Positions 39,139 to 52,819 of a DNA stretch of 64,000 bases are shown in pieces. The stretch comes from Octopus bimaculoides (lineage: Eukaryota): NCBI RefSeq assembly GCF_001194135.2, contig NC_068988.1:4815812-4879811 (forward strand), written 5' to 3'. A model generated the notes under the pieces. It was not told the DNA's origin, searched no databases, and saw only the letters and a list, made by a program, of their open reading frames with translations. The position numbers and the translations under genes are program-made. Numbering within the stretch: the first letter of the stretch is position 1; every line of letters begins with the position of its first letter.

Positions 39139-42100
39139 ATGTGTATTGTTCGATCTGAACTGTCTCAGTAAAAGTAAAATTGGGGTAGGAAAGAGATCCC
39201 CTTTAAAATGTGACCAAGGATTTCCAACAAACAAAATGAACAGGCCGTTCCTTTAAGAATTTCGTTCTGCGCTAGGTCATTAGTAAACTGAAAATAATAT
39301 AGTTGGAGTTAAGTTGAATGTATCTTTCNNNNNNNNNNNNNNNNNNNNNNNNNNNNNNNNNNNNNNNNNNNNNNNNNNNNNNNNNNNNNNNNNNNNNNNN
39401 NNNNNNNNNNNNNNNNNNNNNNNNNNNNNNNNNNNNNNNNNNNNNNNNNNNNNNNNNNNNNNNNNNNNNNNNNNNNNNNNNNNNNNATATATATATATAT
39501 ATAATTCTTAAAATATTCTGGTGTAAAAAGAGATGAGCAAATACGTTTGATCAAACAAAAATACTAATTATATTTGAGAATATAATTTCACGCGTTTAGC
39601 CAGAAATTTCCCTAAACCAGTCAAATATATCGGATCAGCTCTAACTCAAATATCATAGTTCCAAGTTTAACAATTAAACGTTTCAAATATAATAAATCAA
39701 TATATATTTTCGAAATAATAATGTGATTGACGTTATTGGTTGGGTTCATTATCGCCCGTATAAATCACTATCGATAAGAGATTGAATCGCATAAAGAAGC
39801 AAAATTTTCTAGTGGCAAGCCGAAGTTAAAAGCTTACGTAATTTTCGTCTCATGTTCACCATATGTTTGTATGTGTGTGTCTGTATTGTATATGCATATA
39901 TATGGCATGTATATGTGTACATATGGGAATGCATGTGTGAAGCTGTGGGATTGTGTGTGTGTGTGTGTAGGTGTGCGTGTGTGCTTGTGTTCGTGTGTGT
40001 ATGTGTGCGTGTGTGCTTGTGTTCGTGTGTACGTCTGTGTAATGAGACAAGCAGAAAATATTTTTGACATTATTGTATGTACAGGTCGGTATTTCTTCAG
40101 TATATCAGTAATATAATGAACGTTTCGGTTGTAGTTCGCGATTCAAACTATTTCTCGAAGTCTGGAACTTGTATTCTTTTGCCAATGTACTGAGGAAATG
40201 AGCTACCCATCGAAACATATGTATATAAAGACACATAGCTATCAATCTCTATCTTTTCAAATAATGTGGCTCGGGGTCTTGCATTTAGCCTATCCTTCGG
40301 AGCGATCATTGAATTTGTATCATATTTGGATATATGAGTTAAATGTAGAATGAATGCTGTGCCCTAAAACTACATGCACTGTATTGTGCATAGCAGGATA
40401 TTCAAACATATGTATGTATGTATGTATGTATGTAGGTACGTACGTATAATTGTACGTATGTACGTACATATGTATGTCGTAATCAAAATGGTTTTCGTTT
40501 CAAACACTCAAAATCAGTAAAAAGGGCGGAAGAACTCAATAAAGAGAACAGCCAACTAACAGCTGTGAGTGAGAGGCCCTTAATTTTTGTTCAGATGACT
40601 CTCTGGAAGGAAAACTGATGTTGACTAGTTCTGTCTTGGCGAACCTTGCTTCCAGAGTGGGATTGCCCCTATGCGAGAACTTTGCTCACTTTAAAAGGCC
40701 TCTGCACGCATCATCTTGGCTAGCAAGCTCTCTGAACCACTGCTGCAAGAGATGACCATCATTACTATATTTCTGCGAAAGTGTGCAGGTTCCTAGGAGG
40801 ACTATGAAGCCATGCTACTCATATTTAAGAGAACAATCAGTGGTGACATTGCTCGAAGTTGTGTGTGGGTGTGCGTGTGTGTATATTTGTTTGTGTGTGT
40901 ATGAGTGTATATGTATGTATGCAAGTTTACTCGTACACACCTAGTTTCAGTTAATTTAAAGTTACGCAGCTTCAATCAAAATTTCAAAACTGTTCTCAAC
41001 CGTTACAGACGTTATAAATCACCATTTAGAACTTTTAAAAACATCATTCCTCCAGCGTACGCATAATTGTTGTGCATATATTGCCGAATGGATATGCGTA
41101 TTTGATATTCTCCCCGTGCCGCCACCACCACGACAATGTTTTTTTCCATATCTTATGAAAGTTTAAATACCACCGGGTTTCGATCTTTTCTCACAACAAC
41201 ATAGTATGGTCGATTTATTTGACTAAGACATTCGGCATAATTTGGACTTTCGTCATAGGAATATGAATGCGCAGATGACTTTCATAGCGAAAATAGAAGT
41301 ATCAAAGTTGCGACTATAAAGTCAATTATTTTCAAGTTGGTATTTATCAGGATTTTTTGACATCAAGCTGTCTGAATGTACTAATGAATGTCTTTGCAAG
41401 TGTCTGTTCGTATTCTGGGATACGGTTTGTCTGCCGTCTCAGTACAGTCCAATATTATTACTGTTTATTCTGTGTCTCAGTGTCTGCAGTAAAAAATGAT
41501 GAACGAGATCTGAGAAGACAGTGCCATCATAGTTAGCCATTGACATGTCAGATAACTAGTCTACGTTCTAATTAAAGTAGAAAAAGTTGTCATAAAATAA
41601 CAGTATTTCGTAGCGTTTATTATTATACTATATGGGCGTTTGGCTATAGCGGTGGATGTTTTACCAAATTCTGCAGCTAACAGTAGGCGCATGGCAATAG
41701 ATGTAAAGCTATTAAGAATATTTCAGCAATCCTATTAGCTTGTCGTTCTTAAGCGTTGGATATGGTTTACATGTGTTTAATATGGTGTCCTAGTTTTAAG
41801 TTTCAGCCCAAATCTTCCCGCTGGATCATTTGCCATTATTTTATATTATTTTTAGTGTTGATTTCTTAGCTTAATTATCTAATATTAGTTTCGAATGTAC
41901 ATTTCTATGATCATACAAATTTAAAATCCTATTTGAATGCATAAATTGCTTCCTAGATTTTATTTTCAGGGTGGAACTCATTGGATTCGTTCTGTAATCC
42001 TGCTTGTTTTATTAGTTTGATTATGGTGACTCCCAATCTTTCCAATATTTTGATCAACAAACCGAAAGCATGCGTCCTTACGCCATCTTGTATTTAGTTT

Positions 42101-42409
42101 GCATTTCTTAACCTTTTGTTTTCGTAATCCATCTCATCTGAAGACAATTATTAGCACGCAGGAACTCCTGTCCAATTATTCAACGCATGTGTGTGTATGA
42201 GTTCGAATTGTGTGTGTTTTGTAAGTAATGTGTTCAAAGAATAGTTGGAGAACGGCGGGATCAGTATTGGTTACTTCAAATTTCGTCTTACACTTTATCA
42301 AAGCAACTAATCTCTTCTGGTAACTTTTCATGAAAACGACGCTTATGAGATTTTATGAGATTTAGTGAAGAACCTTTACGTTTCGTGTTTAAACCCGTTA
42401 AATGCCGCA

Positions 42410-43390
42410 GGGTCACCAATGCCTTCCATTATGTCACAAGCACAGAGCGTCAGGTCTCGGTTCTTCCCATTTTCAACAATCGAAGAAGGTAGAGACCAAA
42501 GAAAGGTGCGCCATGACCCAAGCTGAAGTACGGCACGCAGGGGAAGAAAAAGGATAATATCAGTGAAGCGGATTTCCCAGGGAGCCTGCCCTTAATAGAA
42601 TCACCCAACAGGAAAATCATATGAACAGAACTGTAGAAACTAGAATTTTTTTGCATCATCCTCCTGATGCTGGAGGTGTAAGACACACTCCCAACACCAG
42701 CAAACCTGTAATATGAAAGTGAACAAGTAGTGTAGACTTTGTTTAGAAAGGATACCGTGGCACACATCTTGTTAGGGTGAAAAACAGCACTCATCCGAAG
42801 GAGATACAAATGCCGTCATAAGTCACTTGTAGCATTTACGCACGGGTAATGATCAAATTGGTGAGGGAAGGAAAAAAAGCTAGCGAGGACAGAATAAAGA
42901 ACAACTAGTATGCTACATGGGGGCTATTCATAGGAGGTGAAAGTAGACCTGGGGTAAGATTGCAGTTCCCCATGTCGTCTGACAACACTGAGTCCAGATG
43001 TAGTTTTATGGTCTGAAAAGGCGAAGAAAAGAATCATGATCGAGCTTACAGAGCCGTGAGAAGTGTATGATCAATAGCTTGCCCAACCGTTATAGAGGAT
43101 GCTTACAGCCGTTGGAGAGGAAAATAGTGAAATGCAAGAGTACGCAGGATGAGAGAAGCAGCAGAAAGAACGTGCTGGTTATGGAGCAATTGAGAGAAGT
43201 TAAGCAAGAAGCGAGAAGGATATAATGAGCAGTGATCTGGCCACCTCTGCTGACTCACTAATAGGAAGGTGTTAAGATACAAGGTTGAAACACCCGATGA
43301 ACGTTGGGTACATCAGTTCCTCCTGGCCGAAGATACATTCACCAAAGATGAATACAGAAGAATCCATCAGCTTTTAGATGCTATCAATAT
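42410..43390 (-). mobile_element. Old CR1/Jockey-like LINE fragment (endonuclease-linker region)
   Basis: Higher-GC block with broken frames; weak motif resemblance only (AIDHTLL..., CVPRYPF*TKS...). No intact domain. Confidence 0.35.
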
Positions 43391-43734
43391 CATTATAATG
43401 AATAAGGCTATCAGTTGAATAAACTATACTTTTCACAAAATTTCATTGCATTTTGCCTCATTTAGATATTTCTATTGCATTATTTAAATATTTTTTTAAA
43501 GCTTCAGCGGAATTATTTTGTTTGTTTTTTCGTTGAAACTTTAAAAAAAGATATTTGTAATTTAATTCCATTGTTTAGTTTAATGAAAAGTGCATGACAA
43601 TCGCTCCGCAAATGTTAAAGGAAATACTTATTTCACAACTCCCACAAATTTGAAATACTAAATATTTCATAAACTAGTCCTTTGGCAGGTGAGACATTTG
43701 AAACGAGATAGGAAGAAATATTCCGGCAGCTTAC

Positions 43735-43872
43735 CTTTCTGGCAATCAGGATTAGTCCATCCCAAGGCACAACCACTGGTGCAATGACCAAGGATGCTGT
43801 TACACACTTCGTCAGGATCTTTACAATGACATTCTTTTTCACAATTATTTCCAAACCGACCGGCAATGCATT
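43735..43872 (-). CDS. Exon C: second EGF-like module (CIAGRFGNNCEKECHCKDPDEVCNSILGHCTSGCALGWTNPDCQK)
   Basis: TTATACAG acceptor ending at 43873 and GTAAG donor starting at 43734. Length 138 nt, phase 1-1, eight cysteines in the same pattern as exon A. The ORF track shows the wrong frame here. Confidence 0.92.
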
Positions 43873-45731
43873 CTGTATAAGAAAATAGGAAAGCAATGAC
43901 AGTATGCCAATGTTTAAATACTTCCTATATTAATATAAACATATATCACCGTTTCTGTTTCATCCAATTTAAATTTGATGATGTACATTATTTAACAAGC
44001 AGAACAAGTAAAACTCAGCCAGCTTAAAAAAAAAGAAATTTCTCAATTTTCAGCATGCACAAGCTTTGTCAAAAATTAAAATAAATCTGGTAACACAAAA
44101 GCAGAATGCATTGTAAAACATTGTTTTGATATATCGGTGATTTAAGACATAAAATATAGCTATTAAAAACATATTAGGAGTCATCTAAGCTACTGGTTTA
44201 TTGGATGCACGAAGCAAATATGGGAATGTAAATGAAAATTTTGAATGTGAATTTGCAGAATATGTTCATTTTAAAATAGTATGAAATACGTCTATATAAT
44301 TTAATGTCTCATTTAGGACAGTTTGTTACCTCAGATAACACTCCATTTATGATCATTTAGTTGATATCCATTTTTAATGGATATCATCGATATGATCATA
44401 AAGGAAAATTTCAAACGTACACGTGACGATAACTTAATGTTGAAGTGTCTTGATGGTTGTAGATGAAAAGCAAGTTTTAACGTCCCAGTAAGCAGTGATC
44501 GGGTGTTTTATACCCTGGTCGAATCCAAGTAACAACGCCCACGATAACTACTTTATTCAAAAGTATTATTAACTAACACCTTTGTAAAACATTGGAAAGT
44601 GTGAAGATGAATATGGTTTAAATGATAAATGTAAAGCAGGAAATCATATTCAGAAACTTTTGTGTACTTCTGTTGCTTTGCTTAAATATTTTGAAGAACA
44701 AGAGACAACACTCCAAAAGGAAATACTCGTGGATGCTATAGTATTATAAATCTATATAAATCATTTAGAGAACATTTCTATAAGGTGTATTATCGTTCCA
44801 TAACTTTATACACATGATATACCAAAACATAGGTGTTCTGGTAGGTGCTGGTAAAATATAGATGTTCTAGTAAGTTTCAATATGTTAGCAAAATAACGGA
44901 AGTGATTAATCGATATATGATAGAGATTATTTATTAGCTAGAATTGGAAATCACACTTCCTCAATTATTTAGAGAGTATTGACAATAAAACAAACGATCA
45001 CCTCACCGGAAAGAGCGACGAAACAAAATGAATTCAAATATTCAGCCAACGTTATGTGAATGTTTGTATATGTTGTGTGTGAGTGTGTGAGTAGATTTTG
45101 ATTTTTAAAAAAGATTTAAATATGATTTTACTCAATTGCTGATTTAAATTAAAATAATAGATTCAGAAAAATACATCTGAACAATGTCTTTTTAGGACAA
45201 AACATTATTCAAATGAAAAGGGTTAATGTATCACAAGAAAAACGAATTTGTATCCAGGACAAAGGTTTTATGAGAAACTACGTTGAACAAGAGTATAATC
45301 TTCAATAAAATATCATTAAGCAGCAGATGTATTGATGCATAGAGCAGAGAATACAAAGTGAGGACAGACGCAGATAAAAAGTAAAATCTAAAAAAGTGAA
45401 ACAATAAAACAGTTCTCTTGTATATATTAGTAAAGCCTTTTTATGGTAAGTTCCATCACATAGACACGTAGCAATGTCGCAATAAATTATGGCAAATGGC
45501 GATAAAAATATACTTTTGCTTCTGATCAGGCATGCAAATATATGTAAATAGAGATCATTAAAATGTTCGAAGCAAATAGTAACGAGACTTATTTGACGTA
45601 GAACACAAACAAACATTTTACATCCGTCCCCAAAGATGTATGCAAGAAAAGTAACTAACTCCGTCGCTCCTAGAAAAACAGAACAAAACCTAGAACTACG
45701 GGGCTTGCAGCATATGTATAGATAGACAGAT

Positions 45732-45772
<41 letters not shown>

Positions 45773-45805
45773 CATATATAATGTGTATGTATGTATATGC
45801 GCATA

Positions 45806-45920
<115 letters not shown>

Positions 45921-46194
45921 TGCTGTACCTGTATGGCCAGTGTAATAGAGTTGTAAAAGTTTATAATCAAACATTTGTAATCAAATTTGCAAATTATATC
46001 ATTGTTTAGTAGCTTGTTCACGGTTGTTAGTTTGTCATATTGATAAGCTGGTTTCTAAGTTATTTTGCAAAAGTCATTGCTTCCGTTTTGTAAGCTAGTA
46101 TTTCACACCGTTTTCCGATGGACAATCTTCATTTAAAGTCGTGTTTTGTTTTTTATTCCGTTGAATGAAGTCGCTTGTATACGTACATTCATTT

Positions 46195-46520
46195 TGTTTT
46201 TATTGTTGTTGGCACTTCATCGGTTACGACGACGAGGGTTCCAGTTGATCCGATCAAAGGAACAGCCTGCTCGTGAAATTAACGTGCAAGTGGCTGAGCA
46301 CTCCACAGACACGTGTACCCTTAACGTAGTTCTCTGAAAGATTCAGCGTGACAGAGTGTGACAAGGCTGTCCCCTTTGAAATACAGGTACAATAGAAACA
46401 GAAAGTAAGAGTGAGAGAAAGTTGTGGTGGAAGAGTACAGCAGGGTTCGCCACCATCCCCTGCCGGAGCCTTGTGGAGTTTTAGGTATTTTCGCTCAATA
46501 AACACTCACAACACCCGGTC
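46195..46520 (-). mobile_element. Interspersed retroposon-like repeat (SINE/LINE 3' part) ending in an (AAC)n/AATAAA tail
   Basis: Higher-GC block with a simple-repeat tail at the low-coordinate end. It resembles a common octopod repeat from memory; unverified. Confidence 0.45.
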
Positions 46521-46664
46521 TGGGTTCCAATTAGACTTTTTCCTTTGATCTCTCTTTAGATCACTCCCGCCCCCTCTCCCTTTCGCTCTTTCTCTCCTTA
46601 TTTTTCTTTCATCGCCAACAAAAATCTTACTTTGTCTATATAATAAATGCGTCCTTTTTAAAGC

Positions 46665-46895
46665 CTAGCCAGGCTCATGGGCCCGGTTTCCCGGTTTCAA
46701 TGGCGTATGTGTTCCCCAGCTGGAGGGGACGCCAGTCCATCGCAGCGTTACTCATTTTTGCCAGCTGAGTGGACTGGAGCAACGTGAAATGAAGTGTTTT
46801 GCTCAAGAACACAACGCATCACCCGGTTCAGGAATCGAAACCACAATCTTACGATCATGATGCTGACACCCTAACCACTAAGCCACGCGCCTCCA
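46665..46895 (-). mobile_element. tRNA-derived SINE (family 2), near full length
   Basis: Minus strand starts TGGAGGCGCGTGGCTTAGTGGTTAGG (A box) ...GTGGTTTCGATTCCTG (B box), followed by GTGTTCTTGAGCAAAACACTTCATTTCAC, a typical SINE core. Confidence 0.88.
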
Positions 46896-47307
46896 CCTTT
46901 GTCTATCTACCCGACCCTATTAGTAAGATTTCTATAGATATATATTTTTAATTTTGCTGAATGAGATTCAAACTCTTCTGTGTTGATTGAAAACTGAAAT
47001 GAGGTTCACTAGTCTTGTGGTGAGAGCCAGGGCTTCTAGATTATATTTCATAATTACGATAATTAACGCTTGATTTAACAGGTTTTTAACTCGTTGATTA
47101 TGTCGGGAAATCGTTCTATCCAGCCAATGCGTCTGTTTTAACAATGCTGGCCATCTTCTACCCATCAGCATTCGATATTTAACTCCTTACCTGACGAGTG
47201 ATTTCCGTTGTGGTGTTTCAATATTCTTAGAAAAGTTCGCTTCCAGTTGAAAATCGCGAAAGTCTCACTTGTTGAAACGATTAGTAAAGATTATTTAGAT
47301 TCAACAA

Positions 47308-47310
<3 letters not shown>

Positions 47311-47362
<52 letters not shown>
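47311..47362. repeat. (CT)n microsatellite
   Basis: Direct reading. Confidence 0.95.
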
Positions 47363-47367
<5 letters not shown>

Positions 47368-48145
47368 GCTTCTTCCTTTCTCTCAGTGTATGTATGTGGG
47401 AATCCGAACCCAGATATATACCTTCGTTTTGTACAACACCTGTGCATAAACTAAAACAGCTCCAACAGAGATCCGAAACCAGGTCTTATGATTCGAGTAG
47501 CGGAGCGCGTCTCGCCAGGGACATGTTCTATCAATTGACTTCTACATAAAACGATCAACTAATTAGAGGAGAAAGAATATATTGACGTTTCTGTGGTGTG
47601 AAATCAATGAATATATTTGAGAAGAACAATATCGGTGTTTTGGAGCTGTCAAACCGGATGATGTCCTCTTGGATTACATCCTTCAGTGAGTCAGAAAAAA
47701 ACATTGCAGGTGGTGACAAATAAGTTAAATTACGGAAGTAGGTGGTGTTCTTGTGTGTTTAACGGTGGGGATGCATTAAAAAATGTTGTCAGCGAAACTT
47801 TTTATCTCACAACAGTTGCATATAGAAACTTAAGAGAGCTTTGTAGAGGCTGAAACTACAGTGTTTGTGCGTTTTATTCAAGTCTGTTTTATGAGAAACA
47901 TTATACATACGAATACATACGCACACACGTTTACTCACGCAAACATATATGTGCACACAAGTATAAACATATATAGAGATTAGAGAGATGGAAGAAATAA
48001 AGAGAGACAAAGAGATTATGACTAATTACTAATTGATATGTAAGCTTGATAATTTGAATCGGTCAACTACAACGCTTTCTACCGAGGAATCATTGATTAA
48101 ACAGGATATCTAATATCTTAGTTAAAAATGCTTTTAGATATATAT

Positions 48146-48320
<175 letters not shown>

Positions 48321-49848
48321 GCGTGTGTGCAAATAGACACACAACACGCGCCCGCATATTCACTGATGGAAGACTCGTTAAATATGTGTTATTCACGAAT
48401 CTACTTTCTACATCACCTGGGAGTGGATTCTGGAGTTTAAGATTTAGTATAATAGGTAGGTTTCAAATGTTTCTTGTTTTGGTCCTATATCTGTTGTAAG
48501 TGAAAAGTACTGAAGTGGGCGGAGCAAGGCCTGTGATAAGAGAAGGAATTTCTCTTCTAGTGTTGTAATGGGAGTTTTTCCTTTGTAGATTTTTTGTTTA
48601 ACTCCAGTTGACAGCTAAGTCTATAGTTTACCGAGCGTAGCTCATCGTTATTAATATATACTTATATCTCAGTCTTTACCAGTAAAATTTCGACGCCTGT
48701 TTTTTTTTGTTTTTATTTTATCGCCCCGGTTGTTCGACGTATTTGTCGGTATCTATTTACTGCCCTTCTTACTTATAGAATGTTTGGCATATTAATTTTA
48801 ATAACTTATAAATGACGTCACTACCTAATGATTTATATTAATTGTGGATCTGTGAAAACCAGCTTTTTAAGATTGGTGCCGAGACAGTTTGTGATCAAGT
48901 GCTCCACTGATTATAATTAGATATCTAAAGCCGGGGTCAGGGTGTATTAATTTTAGATTTCTCATTAGTTTGCCATAGGTAATCCTTTTCCACTAATCTT
49001 TAACACTCATATAACATATGCTGAACAACTTCCACTACTTTTCTGGATTCCACCATGTTTTCAGATTAGCATTGCTTATGCTTTCTACATCGCTGCAGAT
49101 TCTGCAATATCTCAGGTTTATGCTTTCTATGGAGTTTATAATACAATATTAGGCTTTCGATATCCTGTTCAAAGATAGATTACAACGCGATAACATCTTC
49201 TTCAGTTGCTGCTGACATCCAAGGAACTTAAATATTTACCTCTTTTCGTTACGTGTGTATTTATTTCTAATCAACCACTTAGTGATTCAGTGATTAATAG
49301 TCGTCTTCTTTTCCATTTAACCAATTGCAAAAAGTAACTCACATTTTAATTTTATTCTGTAACTGTCTCTCATTTGTTCAACTTAAATGCTACATCGTTA
49401 GCAGTTATATATAACATTCAGTCAGGAAAACAACTTTTATTGTTTACGTGGTTCTGTGGTCTTCTATACGTACGTGAGCTTCTTTTATTTAAAATTAACA
49501 TGAAACGTGTTTTGTTCTTAACTCTTTATTTTTTTCCTTTTGAATATGAATTATGAAATTTAGTGAAAATATATTTCTAGAGAAATTTACGTCAAATTCT
49601 TACATCATTTTCATTAAAATACCTGCTACTCCAGCTATCACAAAACCTCTAACGGCAGCTCTCGGCAATTATACTTTTTGCAATTTCCTTCACCTACATT
49701 TAATATTTGCCACAGTCACCCAGCTTCTCTTCGTTATCCGTTTCCGATTCCCTTTACGAGTTCAACTACGAACAAAACCATATTCTAATGCACATACCAT
49801 GCATACATATACGAACAAATAATATAGAGTAGAATATAGATTACTTAC

Positions 49849-50082
49849 TGCAATCTTTCACGTTGCAATAGTCCCAGCGCATTTTCCGGTCGGTTGTATA
49901 GCACCAATTCTTTTTAGAATCATGAGTCACACGACAGTAATTTTCAGGGTAAACCTTGTCTGCAAAATGTTCTGGTTTGTAAATATCTTGGTCTTCCCAT
50001 TTTTTACAGGTGTAAAGATTAGCTGTTACCGATTTTTTTCCCATATACTGTTTGATGTTGCCATTGTAGTAGCAATTTTTCG
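49849..50082 (-). CDS. Exon B: kringle domain (KNCYYNGNIKQYMGKKSVTANLYTCKKWEDQDIYKPEHFADKVYPENYCRVTHDSKKNWCYTTDRKMRWDYCNVKDC)
   Basis: CTTTTCAG acceptor ending at 50083 and GTAAG donor starting at 49848. Length 234 nt, phase 1-1. Six cysteines in kringle spacing, with Y-x-G, C-x-x-W, NYCR, WCYT and RWDYC motifs. Confidence 0.93.
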
Positions 50083-50569
50083 CTGAAAAGGAAAGTAGAA
50101 AATTTGTTATAAAACTGAATAAATTAATGAACCAATAGACTACAGACATTTATGGTGCTGTCTGCTGTTATTTAGGATTAGAAAAATGATGAAAATGTTA
50201 AATATTTCACAGCATCGAAATCTAAAAGTTATGTTTAGTCACATCACAAAGGAACATACCCATGTTGGATATATGTGATACGATTGATGTTCTGTATAAG
50301 CATAATGAGACTGACGTCTGAAGGAGGAAAAGGAACCTGTTTCGTTTAACAAAGGAAGGACTATTATACTGAGGGTTTATTTCAGAATCTGAAGTCGGTC
50401 GTGAAAGAGGAAAAGAGGTGAATGTACCGGGCAAGGCTTGGATTATCTGTGTCGGGGAGAAGTAGGAATAGAAAATAGGAATTTAGATAGAACAATGAGA
50501 TAAATTATATGAAATAAATACAGACAGGCAGGTGAGCAGACAGACAGATTGGCTGAGGGATTGACAATG

Positions 50570-50618
50570 AGATAGATAGACAAACAACTGGACAGACAGA
50601 CGAACAGACAGACAAACT

Positions 50619-50681
<63 letters not shown>

Positions 50682-50730
50682 GGACGGCTGGATAGATAAA
50701 TAGATGGATGGATGGATAGATAGATAGGAT
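50570..50730. repeat. (GATA)n/(GACA)n/(GATG)n tetranucleotide array
   Basis: Direct reading. Confidence 0.95.
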
Positions 50731-51794
50731 TTCAAGGAGTTAATGAGTAATTCTGAAATTAATAGATTATTTTCATCATCATCTCTTTGTTGTAATAATA
50801 ATCAGATAAATCAATAAACAAATAAATGACTACAAAACTAAATCAATCAATAGTGATTTGATATATCGAAGAGTTCAGGGATAGAAATTTACAGGAGTGT
50901 TGTGTCTGTTGGATGAAGACCAATCCATGTGTGGTAGGATAAAGAGGTGGACGTAGTGGAAGGGAATAGCTGCGTTAAGAATGAATATTTATGTAGAGAA
51001 GCAGAAAGAAGAAAAAGATAATTGTATACTGAAGCTCCACCTCTACTTTATCCGTTAGCGATGTAATGTAATCCATCAGGTTGAATCTTTCGACCTCTCT
51101 TCACCATTAAAACTACTCACGCATTCATCCCAAACTGCGTCGTTCCAATGACTTCGCTAAAGAGTCTTACCGTTTGAAAACGAGAGTTATATATTCCACA
51201 AACTTTGTGTGTATAATTTCAGGTCAGCCGTATGTAATTTATTTCATTCCTGGTATTAACAAGTTCGCAAGCTGCTTTGAATTTTTTTCACTATACAGAG
51301 GAACTGCCACAACTACGAAAAGTAATAAAACGTGAGCGATTCTTCCTGGAATATCCCCCCCACCAACCTTCTGTATTTTCATATTTCTTAATAATTCAAT
51401 TCTACTCTTCAGTCCTGCTTCCTATGATCTCACTGCTATTTTCAGAAGAAAATTCCAAATTTTCTTATTGATCCCAAGTTCCTCATATACTCCAAAAGCC
51501 AACAATGGGAAACATTATTGTATACTTTCAACCCACAGCTATCTTTTTGTTATTCGTATCACACTTTCTATCATTTTACCGACATCCACCAACTCATCAT
51601 TCTCCTTTGATTTATTTCTTCATCCATTTTGCTCTTCTGGTAATAGTCGCTTAATCTTCTGTTATGAGACCGGTTACTAATTTCCAAAGTAAGAGTAATT
51701 GCCTTTACTCTGGGAATTTCCTGCTTTGTGTCTGTCTTAGAAACAATTCTAAGCATTATAAACAGCAACTGTTGTCTCTTGGTAAATACTAGTT

Positions 51795-52004
51795 GCAAAT
51801 TTGGACACAAGGCCAGCAATTTCGGGAAGGAGGGTAAATCGATTACATGGATCCTAGTGCTCAACTGGTACTTGTTTTATCGACCCCGGAAAGATAAAAG
51901 TCAAAACCGACCTCGGCGGAATTTGAACTCAGAACGTGTAAACGGACGAAATACTGCTACGCATTTTGCCCAACGTGCAAACGATTCTGCCAGCACACTA
52001 CCTT
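51795..52004 (-). mobile_element. tRNA-derived SINE (family 1)
   Basis: AACTGGTACTTGTTTTATCGACCCCGG...GACCTCGGCGGAATTTGAACTCAGAACGT...CGATTCTGCCAGC. Confidence 0.85.
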
Positions 52005-52819
52005 CGCCTAATAGATATAAGGTCTTCCGGTGAACAAGAAATGTCGAACGTAGAAAAAAAAACTGAATCTAAAGTAAAGATTTTGTAAAGCTAATCAATA
52101 AACTTAAACTAAAACCATAGAAATAAATTTAGTATTTGTGTAATGAATTCTGCAGGATGAATTTCCGAAAACAATAAAAAAATGTTTTAAAGCACAAGAA
52201 ACTAAAACATAAACCTGGATAAAAAAGTAGATAATACATCATCAGTAAGAAATTGTAATTGTAAAATGAAGTACATCACTACGTATTAAAACGAGGCAAA
52301 CCATTGCATTAGAAAATTGAAATTGAAACTTGAAATCCTTTCAGAATTAAATTTCTCCCTATATTGGGCGTGAAACATGTAACGAAACTCCTTAATTTAA
52401 ATGAGTATAAAGAAAAACCTGTGATAATACCAGTAATACCGGGAGTAATGGAGGTATTTATAAAAGGAGATGATGAGACAACCATGACGAAATCAACAAC
52501 TTTAAGATTAAGACTATTTTATTAAATTATGAAATCAAATAATAGAGGCAAAACTGTTCCCATGTTAATTTGTGGTGGGGACATTAAAGTAGGTCGCATA
52601 ATGATAATTCAACAACAACTAGCAACCATCTAGAAGCCAATTCTACCATCTACTTTGAACCGTGTAACGAGATCAAAACCCACCAGACAATAAGGCAGAC
52701 TTATCTAGAAAACATGAGTAGTTCGCTACTCACAATTAAAACTTGTTTCTCTCATCTCTGAAACTCTAAGTAATCAATCTGTTAATATACACATACCTAT
52801 GTACCTTCATTGATTCTGA

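Noticed and set aside
46800-46895. A-box/B-box sequence as a tRNA gene (likewise the family-1 SINE heads)
   Set aside because: I could not see a complete cloverleaf, and the sequence continues into a multi-copy SINE body.
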